NCBI GenBank assembly: GCA_965215165.1
Contig: CBDCCX010000006.1
Location: 524,181 to 588,180 of the forward strand
From: Rhodothermales bacterium
GTDB taxonomy: Bacteria > Bacteroidota > Rhodothermia > Rhodothermales > JANQRZ01
Reading direction: 5' to 3'
DNA: 64,000 nt
The notes under the pieces were generated by a model that saw nothing but the letters and a program-made list of their open reading frames with translations, did no database searches and was not told where the DNA came from. Shown one piece after another: positions 18,001-26,486 of this stretch; positions within the stretch are counted from its first letter, which is position 1; each line of letters begins with the position of its first letter. The position numbers and the translations under genes were made by a program.

Positions 18001-19658
18001 GCCACGTCGAGGTCGCCCGCAAACGCGTCGATCTGGGCTCCGGCTCCGGTGAGCGTAGCCTCGGCCGTGAGGTCCGTCTCCGGCGACCCGTCGAAGAGGC
18101 GGTGCAGGTCGAGCCCGGCGGCGCGGAGGGCGAGGTCGAACGCGGGCACCTCCGCCGAGAGGTCGACCTCGCCGTCGAGGTGGAGCGTCCCCCCGGCGGT
18201 GAGGTCCAGCGTCCCGGAGAGCCGCCGGCCATCCACCGCGAGGTCGGTGCGGAGGGAGTCGACCGTGCGCCCGGCGAAGCGCGACTCGGTGAGGGCGAGG
18301 CGGAGGGTGGCTGCGAGGTCGTCTCCCGTGCCGATGGCGTCGAGGGCGACGCGGCCCGAGAGGTCGCCGCTGAGGGCCGGGTCGCCGAGCGCGAGGCCGG
18401 GGTCGAGATGAGCGGCTCTCCCGTCGAAGGCGATGGACAGCGGCTGCCCGCGCCGGTGCCCGAGGCGAAGGTCGCCTACCACCCGCCCGGCGTCCGTGCG
18501 CGCGTCCACCTCTGACCGCACCACCACCCGGCCGTCGCCGACGGTGCCCGACGCGTCGAGCCGCACCGCCGCCGTGCCCAGCCCGCTCAGGTCGGGCAAG
18601 CGGAGCGTGGGCCAGACGGCCTCCAGATCCCGCTGCCGGAGCGTCGAGGGCGCGAGGGCGACGGTGAACGCAGCGGCGTCGGGGAGGCCTCGGACGCTGC
18701 CCGACGCACGGACCGCCGTCGCCCCGCGCTCCAGCGTCAGCGCCGACACCGCGAGGTCGTCCAGCGGACCGCTCACGTGGGCCGACAGGTCGAGGACGTC
18801 AGCCATCGGGACGGCGGGAACCACGCGCGTCAGCTCAGCCCCGTCGAGCCGGCTCGGCGCGAGGGTGAGAGACAGACGGGCCGGCTCGTTGTCGGCCGAC
18901 AGCAGGGCAAAATCGCCCTCGATCCGGCTGCCGTCGGTTTCCAACACCACGTCGCGGAGCCGGAGGTTGCCGCCGCTCAGGTCGAGGCGGGCGTCGAGCC
19001 GGTGGACGGTGAGGTCTTGCAAGGGGAGCCGGGCGGACCCCTCGCGGAGCCGGAGCCGGCGCTGCGTGCGCGTCCAGTCTAGCTCGGCGTGGAGGGTCAG
19101 GTCGGTGACGGTGGTCTCGGTGTAGTCGAACACCATTTCGTTTCGGACCGCGCCCGGGGCCTCGCCCTCGCGCCGCGTCGTGAGCGTTCCGTCGAGAATG
19201 CGTAGCTCGGGCGCGCGCACGTCGAGGGGCTGACCTGCCTCGGTGGAGGGCGTGCGTGGCACGAAGACATCGGCGAGGTTCCAGCGTCCGGCGGCATCGC
19301 GGACGAGGGCGATGCGGGGCCGCACGAGCGTCGCCTCGTCGATCACGAGCCGCCGCCGGAGCAGCCCGCCCCACGTCGGCGCCAGCACCACCGAGTCGGC
19401 GGCGAGCACAACGCGCCCCTGCCCGTCGCGGAGCCGCACGTCGGTCGCCCAGAGGTCGTAGACCAGGTTTCCCGCGAGGGTGCCGATCTCCAAGGACCCC
19501 TCGAACTGACGGTCGAACGCCGCCACGATCTGCCCTCGCAGCCCGTCGCGCCCGACCTCGGTCCGCGTCAGACCGAAGAACAGCAGCACGAGGGCGACGG
19601 CGAGGAGGGCCGCTGCTTGGGCCAGCCGGACTACGAAGCGGAGGAAAAGGAAAAGCAA
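15078..19658 (-). CDS. tamB: Translocation/assembly module TamB (DUF490) family protein
   Basis: 1526 aa; N-terminal anchor helix, long beta-taco-like repeats, C-terminal GGTLRWSGDPIDARLD and RLLDERLVIRG; TTG start uncertain. Confidence 0.85.
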   Translation of the reverse strand: MLFLFLRFVVRLAQAAALLAVALVLLFFGLTRTEVGRDGLRGQIVAAFDRQFEGSLEIGTLAGNLVYDLWATDVRLRDGQGRVVLAADSVVLAPTWGGLLRRRLVIDEATLVRPRIALVRDAAGRWNLADVFVPRTPSTEAGQPLDVRAPELRILDGTLTTRREGEAPGAVRNEMVFDYTETTVTDLTLHAELDWTRTQRRLRLREGSARLPLQDLTVHRLDARLDLSGGNLRLRDVVLETDGSRIEGDFALLSADNEPARLSLTLAPSRLDGAELTRVVPAVPMADVLDLSAHVSGPLDDLAVSALTLERGATAVRASGSVRGLPDAAAFTVALAPSTLRQRDLEAVWPTLRLPDLSGLGTAAVRLDASGTVGDGRVVVRSEVDARTDAGRVVGDLRLGHRRGQPLSIAFDGRAAHLDPGLALGDPALSGDLSGRVALDAIGTGDDLAATLRLALTESRFAGRTVDSLRTDLAVDGRRLSGTLDLTAGGTLHLDGEVDLSAEVPAFDLALRAAGLDLHRLFDGSPETDLTAEATLTGAGAQIDAFAGDLDVAFGASSLTLAGEARPIAAHDATLRLRPAGSEVRLDLDGDLAALQATGDFDVRGMAALAGQWAEAVARTVQAERAKTLRLPDSLRAAATALPEPAAAVPQAMGLKVEIRHPAALRALVPGLPGFAPGTTLDVEARLAPGSLALTATAWGDSLRVPGLRAGAFDGSLAFEAPYGPTLLGESTLDLDLRADPLWVPIGRLADATATFRLRGPAGELRLRSAHVGEAGPFALDASVDLRARGTRVTLRRVEADVEGQQWASTGPQTLNLYADAIQLHDLAFERVQDDGTPPRLALYGTLSTRDTDSLHVDATALDLGELSAVLGPRLRFGGRLDAEVAVARVLRQPTVVGTATAEAFAFAGRRVGRVDLTSRYVPGVSGVTDGVTVDLRLRPDSVSLANDLGITGTVRFPGTTDSGARDPGALDLALDLDRLDLFVFDWLFPAIVSGTTGYAAGTGRITGTPRVPYFEADLAVREGAFRVPAFGLALQAEGRVTVDREGFHLRSVQLTDKAGGLGLVRGDVLFNDYRYFSLDLAADLAEVEIIDVPQSRDLPFYGYIRATGSATLTGPLDNVFLRAVGAQTTPDSEMFIPVTASGPAGDAGFLVFADSLGNLPEAEERQSLISSRPEGERAFLDGLEMNLGVVAPPGSTVHLVFDPSVGDEITAVGSARLQLAIQEGEFRTFGTFDVARGDYLFTAGDVFTRRFGLEPGGTLRWSGDPIDARLDLPAAYRTRASLAGLDLPGVDPSRRVPLVIGLDVSGQVTSPLVDLSIALDETNRDIAGAEALRRQLNQADRQAEYATSVLLTNSFLLAPSETPESIRTAADELFFTSLSQLVSTRLNLFLSDALASDNLDVTLGVQQGATADDLGLTYGVALRLLDERLVIRGEGLYQRLVDRPVSEELQGEVAVEVRLTPSVSLEVFYRREGDVLLGTGLSATPYDAYGAGLGYETDFASWRALLRRLVGRAAEERDETASAGL

Positions 19659-19802
19659 GACGGTGGGACGATGTGAGGCGGCTCAATCTACCGAGGCCGG
19701 CACTCGGGCCGACCGGCGGGCGGCCAAGCGGTGGGCAAACGAACGGTGAACGAATAGACAGGATGCCTGCCGCCAGCCCGCCCACGCCGTATTGCCTGAA
19801 TC

Positions 19803-20888
19803 TTACCCAGCCCGCGCCGCCTCCCACGCCGCCGCCACGGCCTCGGGCGTCACATCGTCCGTGACGGAGGCGCGCCCGACGGCATCGAGCACCACGAAGC
19901 GCAGCCGACCGGCGCGGCGCTTCTTGTCCGTCGCCATTGCGGCCGTGAGCGTCTCGGTGGGCAGCCTGAGGGGCGGGGCCGGCAGCCGAGCGAGGAGAGC
20001 CTCGGCCCGGCCGAACGACACGTTCGGCGCGAGGCGTTGCGAGAGGTGGAGCGCGGCGCGCATCCCGAGCGCGACGGCCTCGCCGTGGGTGAACGCTCCG
20101 TACCCGGCGGCCTGCTCCACGGCATGGCCGAACGTGTGGCCGAAGTTGAGCAGCGCCCGCCGCCCCGTCTCTCGCTCGTCTTCGGCCACGATCCCGGCTT
20201 TGATCGCCGCCGTCCGCCGCACGAGCGCTGCCACGACCGATGGCTCGCGGTCGAGTATGGTCTCCCACCGGGTGCCGAGCCAGTCCACGAACGCCGCGTC
20301 GGCGATGAGGGCCGACTTGACGACCTCGGCCAGCCCGCTCGTCCAATCGCGCTCGGAGAGCGTTCGTAGCGTGCCGGTGTCGGCGAGCACGAGGCGCGGT
20401 TGCCAGATCGCACCGATCAGGTTCTTGCCCGCCGGATGGTTGATGCCGGTCTTGCCGCCGATGGCGCTGTCGGCCTGCGCGATGAGCGTTGTCGGAAGCT
20501 GCACGAGCGGGAGGCCGCGCAGGAGGGTAGCCGCCGCGAAGCCCGCCAGGTCGCCGACGACCCCGCCGCCGAGCGCGAGGAGGGGTGTGGCCCGGTCGAT
20601 CTCGAGGCCGAGCGCCCAGTCGTAGAGCGTCCCGAGGTGCGCCGAAGATTTGCTCGCTTCGCCGGGCGGGATAGCCTGGGCATGGACCGTCCAGCCATCG
20701 GTTTCGAGGGCGGCACGCAGCTCGTCGAGGTAGAGCGCGGCCACCGTCTCGTCGGTCACTACGAGGCCGCGGCCAGGGGCGAGACCGGCTTGGCGCAGCA
20801 CGGTGGGCGCGTCGGCGAGCGGGCGGAGGTGGACGGCGTAGGCTCGCCCGTGCGGGAGGGCGACCGGGACGGGGAGAGGGGAGGGCAT
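19803..20888 (-). CDS. aroB: 3-dehydroquinate synthase
   Basis: GEASKS, LALGGGVVGDLAGF, QLPTTLIAQADSAIGGKTGIN, GKNLIGA, LNFGHTFGHA, HGEAV. Confidence 0.97.
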   Translation of the reverse strand: MPSPLPVPVALPHGRAYAVHLRPLADAPTVLRQAGLAPGRGLVVTDETVAALYLDELRAALETDGWTVHAQAIPPGEASKSSAHLGTLYDWALGLEIDRATPLLALGGGVVGDLAGFAAATLLRGLPLVQLPTTLIAQADSAIGGKTGINHPAGKNLIGAIWQPRLVLADTGTLRTLSERDWTSGLAEVVKSALIADAAFVDWLGTRWETILDREPSVVAALVRRTAAIKAGIVAEDERETGRRALLNFGHTFGHAVEQAAGYGAFTHGEAVALGMRAALHLSQRLAPNVSFGRAEALLARLPAPPLRLPTETLTAAMATDKKRRAGRLRFVVLDAVGRASVTDDVTPEAVAAAWEAARAG

Positions 20889-20916
20889 CGCCGAAGCTAC
20901 CGATGGACCAGACGCA

Positions 20917-20951
20917 CCGACGCCCCCAGAGCTAGGCTCCAGGGGCGTCGG
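20917..20951 (-). terminator. Hairpin downstream of the 20992-22644 gene
   Basis: 10-bp stem CCGACGCCCC/GGGGCGTCGG with inner GAGC/GCTC; no clear U-tract. Confidence 0.5.
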
Positions 20952-20991
20952 ACGTTCAGCCTAGCCGGCCGAACGGGTCGGACCGGACGGC

Positions 20992-22644
20992 TTAGTCGAG
21001 CACCGTGATCCGCCCGCTCTGCACCGTGTCACCCACCTGCAGGCGGTAGATGTACGTGCCGGAGGCGAGACCCTGCGCCTCGAAGCTCGCGGTGTGCGCG
21101 CCAGCCTCGACGGGTCCGTCGGTGAGGACGGCGACCGTGCGGCCGAGCACGTCGTAGACGGCGAGGCGCACGTCAGCCGCCTCGGCGACCTCGTACTGGA
21201 TCGTGGTCTGGCCGCGGAACGGGTTCGGGAACGCCACGACCTCGGCCGCAGCGGCCGTCGCTGCCGCTTCGAGCGTGGGCCACGCCTGGGCGTCCACGAG
21301 CGTCCACGAGGTGGCGGTGCCCACCGGGCGCGCCGTCGCGGTCACCGTGACCGTGTTGGTGGACGAGGCGATGGCCGTGCCGTTGCTCGGGCCGGCGCTG
21401 ACGACGAGGTCGTAGTCGCCGAGCGGGGCTCGGGCCGGCACGTTGACCGTGAAGCGCAGCGTCGGGGTGCACGAGTTGGCCGGGACCGTGCCGGCGGCGA
21501 CCTGGCGCGGGCCGACGACCTGGTTGCCGTTGCGGAACACCTCGTAGAAGGCGACGCCGCTCAGCGGGGCTGGCGTGTTGTTGCAGACCTCGTAGGTGAC
21601 CGTCGCCTGCGAGCCCTGCGCGTAGGTCTGCGAGTCGGTCGAGGACGAGACACCGAGCGGGCCGTCGGCCTCGGCGGCGAAGAGCTCGATGTACTGGTTG
21701 CCCGAGCCGAAGTCGCGGACGAGCATGTCCGCGCGGGTGATCTCCTTGACCGAGCTGCCGGAGGTCACGAGGATGTTGCCGTTGGGCAGCTCGTAGACCC
21801 CGCGCGAGCCGGTGACGGCACCGAAGGAGTTGAGCAGCGTGCCCGAAGCGTCGTACTCGTAGACGCCGGTGGATCCGGTGAACTCCGCGACGAGCACGTT
21901 GCCGCCGCTGATCTCCTGCGCCTGCTCCGGGAACGAGACCGTGTTGCTCTGCCAGGCTCCCAGGAAGTTGCCCATGAAGTCGTACTGGTGGATGTTGTCC
22001 GACGTGATGGCCGGCACGAGGATGTCGCTGTCGCGGACGAGCACGTCGAACGGACCGTCGAGGCCGCCTTCGCCGTTAGCAACGATGTTGCCGAGGTAGG
22101 TGCCGCTCTGGTCGAAGCGGGCAATCGCGTCAGCGTTCGCGCCGCCGGTGACGGCCGCCCAGAGCTCGGTGCCGTCCGGGCTGTAGTCGATGGCGATGGC
22201 GTTGTCGAGGACGGCCGTGTTGACGCCGCCGGCCGGCGCGAAGAGCCCGACGAAGTCGCCGTTGCAGTCGTACTCGTAGACACCGTCGGTGAGCTGGTCG
22301 ATGACGAAGATGCCGTCGCCGTCAAAGTTCGGGATGGCGTTCTTCGGCGTCGAGAGGTTCGCCGAGTCGGAGATGAAGTCGTCGATGACGAGGTCCCCCG
22401 TGTCGGGGTCGTGGACGTCGACGCCGTCGGAGCCGGAGTCGGCGATCAGCAGGACGTCGTCGACGCAAACCTCGAGGCCGCCGCGCGTGGCGACGGGCGC
22501 GTCGGCAGGCCGCGCCGTGGCGGCCTCGATGCCGAGGGCCTCGGCGTCTTCCGGGGCGAGCTGCTGCGCCTGGGCCGTCGTCGCCCAGCCGGTTCCGGCC
22601 AGGACGAGCGCGAGCGCAAAGCGAAGTAGAGAGGGGGTATACAT
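20992..22644 (-). CDS. Secreted beta-propeller (NHL-like) protein with Ig-like domain and T9SS CTD
   Basis: Signal peptide ending AQAQ; repeated V(Y/H)xYDxxGxxL/F blades; CTD AFPNPF...YDVLGRTVAVL...SGTYIYRL. Confidence 0.85.
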   Translation of the reverse strand: MYTPSLLRFALALVLAGTGWATTAQAQQLAPEDAEALGIEAATARPADAPVATRGGLEVCVDDVLLIADSGSDGVDVHDPDTGDLVIDDFISDSANLSTPKNAIPNFDGDGIFVIDQLTDGVYEYDCNGDFVGLFAPAGGVNTAVLDNAIAIDYSPDGTELWAAVTGGANADAIARFDQSGTYLGNIVANGEGGLDGPFDVLVRDSDILVPAITSDNIHQYDFMGNFLGAWQSNTVSFPEQAQEISGGNVLVAEFTGSTGVYEYDASGTLLNSFGAVTGSRGVYELPNGNILVTSGSSVKEITRADMLVRDFGSGNQYIELFAAEADGPLGVSSSTDSQTYAQGSQATVTYEVCNNTPAPLSGVAFYEVFRNGNQVVGPRQVAAGTVPANSCTPTLRFTVNVPARAPLGDYDLVVSAGPSNGTAIASSTNTVTVTATARPVGTATSWTLVDAQAWPTLEAAATAAAAEVVAFPNPFRGQTTIQYEVAEAADVRLAVYDVLGRTVAVLTDGPVEAGAHTASFEAQGLASGTYIYRLQVGDTVQSGRITVLD

Positions 22645-22899
22645 AACGAGGGGGGTTGAGGTGGAGGAGAAAGAAATGCACGGACGTGCATGTTCACAGA
22701 ATATGAACGTAACCCCACAAATGCAAGCGTCTGAAGGGATGTTGATAAAAAAGAGGATGGAGGCCGATGCGCTGTAAAAAGAAGGCGGTCGGCAGGCACG
22801 GTGGGCCGGCCGCGCGGTCTCCTCTGGATTCGGCTACCTGCACCAACTGCGTGCGCGGCCGAGCCAGGTATATTTCCCTCTCCCTCGGCCCCGCCTCCT

Positions 22900-24747
22900 A
22901 TGCCCCCGATCCGCTGCTTCCTCCTCGCGCTCGCGGTCCTGCTCGCCGCCGGATGCGCCGGCACCGACCCCGCCGCGCCTGCCTCGTCGGGTGCCGCGAC
23001 GCCAGACGACGCCCGTGCCGACGTCCAGGCGTTCCTGGATGACTACCACGCGACGATGCAACCGCTCTACGCCGCCTCGTCTGAGGCCGAGTGGGCGGCC
23101 AACACCCGCATCGTAGAAGGTGACGCCGAGACCGGCGCGCGGGCACGCGCCGCGAACGAGGCCGTCGCGGACTTCACCGGCAGCGTCGCCACTATCGAGG
23201 CCGCCCGCGCCCACCTCGTCCGCCGCAGCGAGCTCGACCCGCTCCAGGTCCGCCAGCTCGAGGCGATCCTCTACAAAGCCGCCGCGAACCCGCAGACGGT
23301 GCCCGAGCTGGTCAGGGAGAAGATCGCCGCCGAGACGGCGCAGACCGAGAGGCTCTACGGCTACACGTTCACACTCGGCGGCGAGGAGGTCACCCCGAAC
23401 GAGATCGACGAGACGCTGCGCGAGGCCGAGGACGTGGAGACCCGCCTCGCCGCCTGGGACGCGTCGAAGGCCATCGGGCCGACGCTCACCGGCGGCTTGC
23501 AGGCCCTCCGCCGCCTCCGCAACGAGACCGTGCAGGCGCTCGGCTACGACGACTACTTCGCCTACCAGGTCTCGGACTACGGCATGACGACCGCCGAGAT
23601 GATGGAGACGATGGCGCGGCTGGGTGAGGAGCTGCGCCCGCTCTACCGCGAGCTCCACACCTGGGCGCGCTACGAGCTCGCCGCCCGCTACGGCGAGCCG
23701 GTCCCGGACCACCTTCCGGCGCACTGGCTCCCCAACCGCTGGGGCCAGGACTGGAGCGCCCTCGTCGAGGTCGAGGGCCTGGACCTCGACGGTGCCCTCG
23801 AGGAGCGCACGCCGGAGTGGCTCGTCGAGCAGGCCGAGCGGTTCTACGTCTCGCTCGGGCTGGGCGCGATGCCCGAGAGCTTCTACGAGCGCTCGTCGCT
23901 CTACCCGCTCCCGCCGGGCGCGGACTACAAGAAGAACACCCACGCGAGTGCCTGGCACATGGACCTCGAGGCGGACGTCCGCAGCCTGATGAGCGTCGAG
24001 ACCAACCGCGAGTGGTACGAGACGACGCACCACGAGCTGGGCCACATCTACTACTACCTCGCCTACACCACCCCCGACGTGCCGCCCGTGCTTCGGGGCG
24101 GGGCCAACCGCGCCTTCCACGAGGCCGTCGGCAGCCTGATGGGCCTGGCCGCGATGCAGCCGCGCTTCGCCGCCTCGGTGGGCCTGGTGGAGACGGGCGA
24201 AGACCTCGGGCCGGACCCGCTGCAGGCGCTCTTGCAGGAGGCGCTCAACTACGTCGTCTTCATCCCATGGAGCGCCGGCGTGATGACCGAGTTCGAGCAC
24301 GACCTCTACGCCGAAGGGCTGCCGGCCGAGCGCTGGAACGAGCGCTGGTGGGCGCTGGCGAAGGAGCACCAGGGCATCGTCCCGCCCGACCCCGCCCGCG
24401 CCGCCGTCGGCGCACCGTTCAACGACGCCGCCACCAAGACGCACATCAACAACGACGCCGCGCAGTACTACGACTACGCCCTCAGCTACGTCCTCCTGTT
24501 CCAGCTCCACGAGCACATCGCGCGCGAGATCCTGAACGAGGACCCGCGCGACACCAACTACTACGGCCGCACCGAGGTCGGCGACTTCCTCCGCGACCTG
24601 CTGGCACCCGGCGCGACCGTCGACTGGCGGACGCTGCTCCAGGAGACGGTCGGCAGCGACATCTCGGCCGCACCGATGCTGGCCTATTTCGAGCCGCTGA
24701 TGGGCTGGCTCCAGCAGCAAAACGAAGGCCGCACGCACACGCTCTGA
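22900..24747 (+). CDS. M2 family metallopeptidase (ACE/peptidyl-dipeptidase A-like), lipoprotein
   Basis: Lipobox LLAAGC; HHELGH zinc motif, GANRAFHEAVG, HASAW, WLPNRWGQDW. Confidence 0.92.
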   Translation: MPPIRCFLLALAVLLAAGCAGTDPAAPASSGAATPDDARADVQAFLDDYHATMQPLYAASSEAEWAANTRIVEGDAETGARARAANEAVADFTGSVATIEAARAHLVRRSELDPLQVRQLEAILYKAAANPQTVPELVREKIAAETAQTERLYGYTFTLGGEEVTPNEIDETLREAEDVETRLAAWDASKAIGPTLTGGLQALRRLRNETVQALGYDDYFAYQVSDYGMTTAEMMETMARLGEELRPLYRELHTWARYELAARYGEPVPDHLPAHWLPNRWGQDWSALVEVEGLDLDGALEERTPEWLVEQAERFYVSLGLGAMPESFYERSSLYPLPPGADYKKNTHASAWHMDLEADVRSLMSVETNREWYETTHHELGHIYYYLAYTTPDVPPVLRGGANRAFHEAVGSLMGLAAMQPRFAASVGLVETGEDLGPDPLQALLQEALNYVVFIPWSAGVMTEFEHDLYAEGLPAERWNERWWALAKEHQGIVPPDPARAAVGAPFNDAATKTHINNDAAQYYDYALSYVLLFQLHEHIAREILNEDPRDTNYYGRTEVGDFLRDLLAPGATVDWRTLLQETVGSDISAAPMLAYFEPLMGWLQQQNEGRTHTL

Positions 24748-24750
24748 GCT

Positions 24751-24827
24751 TTTGGTTTGTAGTTTCTCGTTTCTGGTTCGGCACATCCAGTCGTTCCTAC
24801 TCAACCAGAAACCAGGAACTAGAAACC
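24751..24827. repeat. Heptamer-periodic inverted-arm element (GTT/AAC type)
   Basis: TTTGGTT TGTAGTT TCTCGTT TCTGGTT, 24-nt spacer, AACCAGA AACCAGG AACTAGA AACC. Confidence 0.8.
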
Positions 24828-24892
24828 CCGCTAGGGCACACCCGTTTGCCACGGGCATGTCCTCCCCCCCCCCTCTTCAGACACCAACTCCT

Positions 24893-25366
24893 ATGGGACT
24901 CCTCGATTTTCTCAAAGACGCTGGCGACGACCTCTTCGGCGGCAAGAAGGGCAACGAATCCGACGCCATCCGCGACAAGCTCAAGAAGGAGCTGGGTAGT
25001 AGCATCGACAACCTCGGCGTGATGTTCAAGGACGGCCGCGTTGAGCTGCACGGCACCGCCCGCTCGCGCGCCGCGCGGGAGAAGGCCGCCCTCATCGCGG
25101 GCAACGTCAAGGGCGTCACCTACGTCGACGACGACCACCTCAAGGTCGCCGGTGAGGAGGAGGCCAAGGCCCGCGCGACCACCGCTGCCGCGCCGAAGAC
25201 GCAGTACTACACCATCGAGAGCGGCGACACGCTCTCGAAGGTCGCCGACCGCTTCTACGGCGACCCGCAGAAGTACCGCGCCCTCTTCGAGGCCAACAAG
25301 GAGGTGATCCAGGACCCGGACAAGATCTACCCCGGCCAGAAGATCCGCATCCCGCAGGACGCCTAG
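24893..25366 (+). CDS. BON + LysM domain protein (YgaU/Kbp-like)
   Basis: MGLLDFLKDAG start; BON segment ending AGNVKGVTYVDD; LysM YTIESGDTLSKVA...IYPGQKIRIP. Confidence 0.92.
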   Translation: MGLLDFLKDAGDDLFGGKKGNESDAIRDKLKKELGSSIDNLGVMFKDGRVELHGTARSRAAREKAALIAGNVKGVTYVDDDHLKVAGEEEAKARATTAAAPKTQYYTIESGDTLSKVADRFYGDPQKYRALFEANKEVIQDPDKIYPGQKIRIPQDA

Positions 25367-25387
25367 CCTCTGGCCCGATTCGGTCCC

Positions 25388-25419
25388 GCGCGGCGCTCCG
25401 ATTCGTTGGGGCGCCGCGC
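25388..25419 (+). terminator. Hairpin after the LysM gene
   Basis: 9-bp perfect stem GCGCGGCGC/GCGCCGCGC; weak T-tract. Confidence 0.45.
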
Positions 25420-25437
25420 TCCGTTTGGCTCGCTCCG

Positions 25438-26175
25438 ATGCCCCTCCCGTTCCCCGACCTACCGCCCGACGCTGAACTCCAAGCGAAGGCGCTCACCGTC
25501 CACGAGCGCTTGTGCGAGGCGTACGACTGCCCCATCGCGTTCTTCTCCGACAAGGACCCGCTCAGCGAGCTGGTCTCGGCGCTCCTCTCGCACCGCACCA
25601 AGAACCGCGACTCCGGCCGCGCCTACACCCAGCTCCGCGACCGCTTCCCAACGTGGGAGGCCGTCCGCGACGCGCCGACGGCCGAGGTCGAAGCCGCGAT
25701 CTCGCCGTGCACGTGGCCCGAGCAGAAAGCCCCGCGCCTCCAGGCCGTGCTCCGCACCATCACCGAGGCGCGCGGCGGCGACCTGCACCTCGACTTCCTC
25801 GCCGGCCTCGCGGTGCCCGAGGCGCGGGCGTGGCTCGAGCAGATCAAGGGCGTCGGCCCGAAGACGAGCGCGGCGACGCTCCTCTTCAGCACGCTCCGCC
25901 GCCCGGCGATGCCGGTCGACAGCCACCACCACCGCGTCGCCCAACGCCTCGGGCTGATCCCGGAGGCGATGCCGGTCGGTCCGGCGCACGACGCGCTCGC
26001 GGCTTTTGTCCCGCCGGAGTGGGACGCCCAGGCCGTCTACGACCACCACGAGGTGTTCATGCTCCACGGCCAGAAGTGCTGCTTCTGGAAGAACCCGGCG
26101 TGCGGCCGCTGCCCCGTGCTCGACCTCTGCCCGACGGGGCAGGCGCGGCTCAGCGGGGCGCGCGGCGGCGGATGA
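25438..26175 (+). CDS. Endonuclease III family (HhH-GPD) Fe-S DNA glycosylase
   Basis: HhH IKGVGPKT, PVDSH, Fe-S motif CCFWKNPACGRCPVLDLC. Confidence 0.9.
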   Translation: MPLPFPDLPPDAELQAKALTVHERLCEAYDCPIAFFSDKDPLSELVSALLSHRTKNRDSGRAYTQLRDRFPTWEAVRDAPTAEVEAAISPCTWPEQKAPRLQAVLRTITEARGGDLHLDFLAGLAVPEARAWLEQIKGVGPKTSAATLLFSTLRRPAMPVDSHHHRVAQRLGLIPEAMPVGPAHDALAAFVPPEWDAQAVYDHHEVFMLHGQKCCFWKNPACGRCPVLDLCPTGQARLSGARGGG

Positions 26176-26320
26176 TTGCGGCGGCGCTGACGAGGACCGC
26201 GCCGAGCACGACTGAGGCCAGGGCGAAGCGCCCGACCTGCACGGCTTGTTGAAGCGCGTGGCCGAGGAAGAGGACCCCGCCGACGGCGGCGACGAGAGCG
26301 ATGAGTCGGTTCGTATCCAT
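26150..26320 (-). CDS. Putative 56-aa two-TM small membrane protein (not in the ORF track)
   Basis: MDTNRLIALVAAVGGVLFLGHALQQAVQVGRFALASVVLGAVLVSAAAIIRRRAPR*; GC3-rich codons; overlaps the endonuclease III 3' end by 26 nt. Confidence 0.6.
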   Translation of the reverse strand: MDTNRLIALVAAVGGVLFLGHALQQAVQVGRFALASVVLGAVLVSAAAIIRRRAPR

Positions 26321-26326
26321 CGCTCA

Positions 26327-26486
26327 GAGACTGTTTGGATGTGCAGCGAGAAGGCGAGAGCGAGCGAGAAACGGCGGGCCGAGGCGCGCGAAGAAGGCGA
26401 TGCGCCAGCATCGGCGATGCAGCGCCACGCGGGAGCGCCGCTTCGTAGCCGCTCGCAGCCTACGGTTGGGAATCCCAAACAGTCTC
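26327..26486. mobile_element. 160-bp MITE-like element, copy A
   Basis: Perfect 12-bp TIR GAGACTGTTTGG/CCAAACAGTCTC; TCA directly flanks both ends (26324-26326, 26487-26489); central hairpin CGATGC-GCCA-GCATCG. Confidence 0.85.

Noticed and set aside
24864-24873. C10 homopolymer upstream of the LysM gene as a phase-variation tract
   Set aside because: Lies before the likely ATG 24893 and no frame is broken; C-rich leaders are normal in this genome
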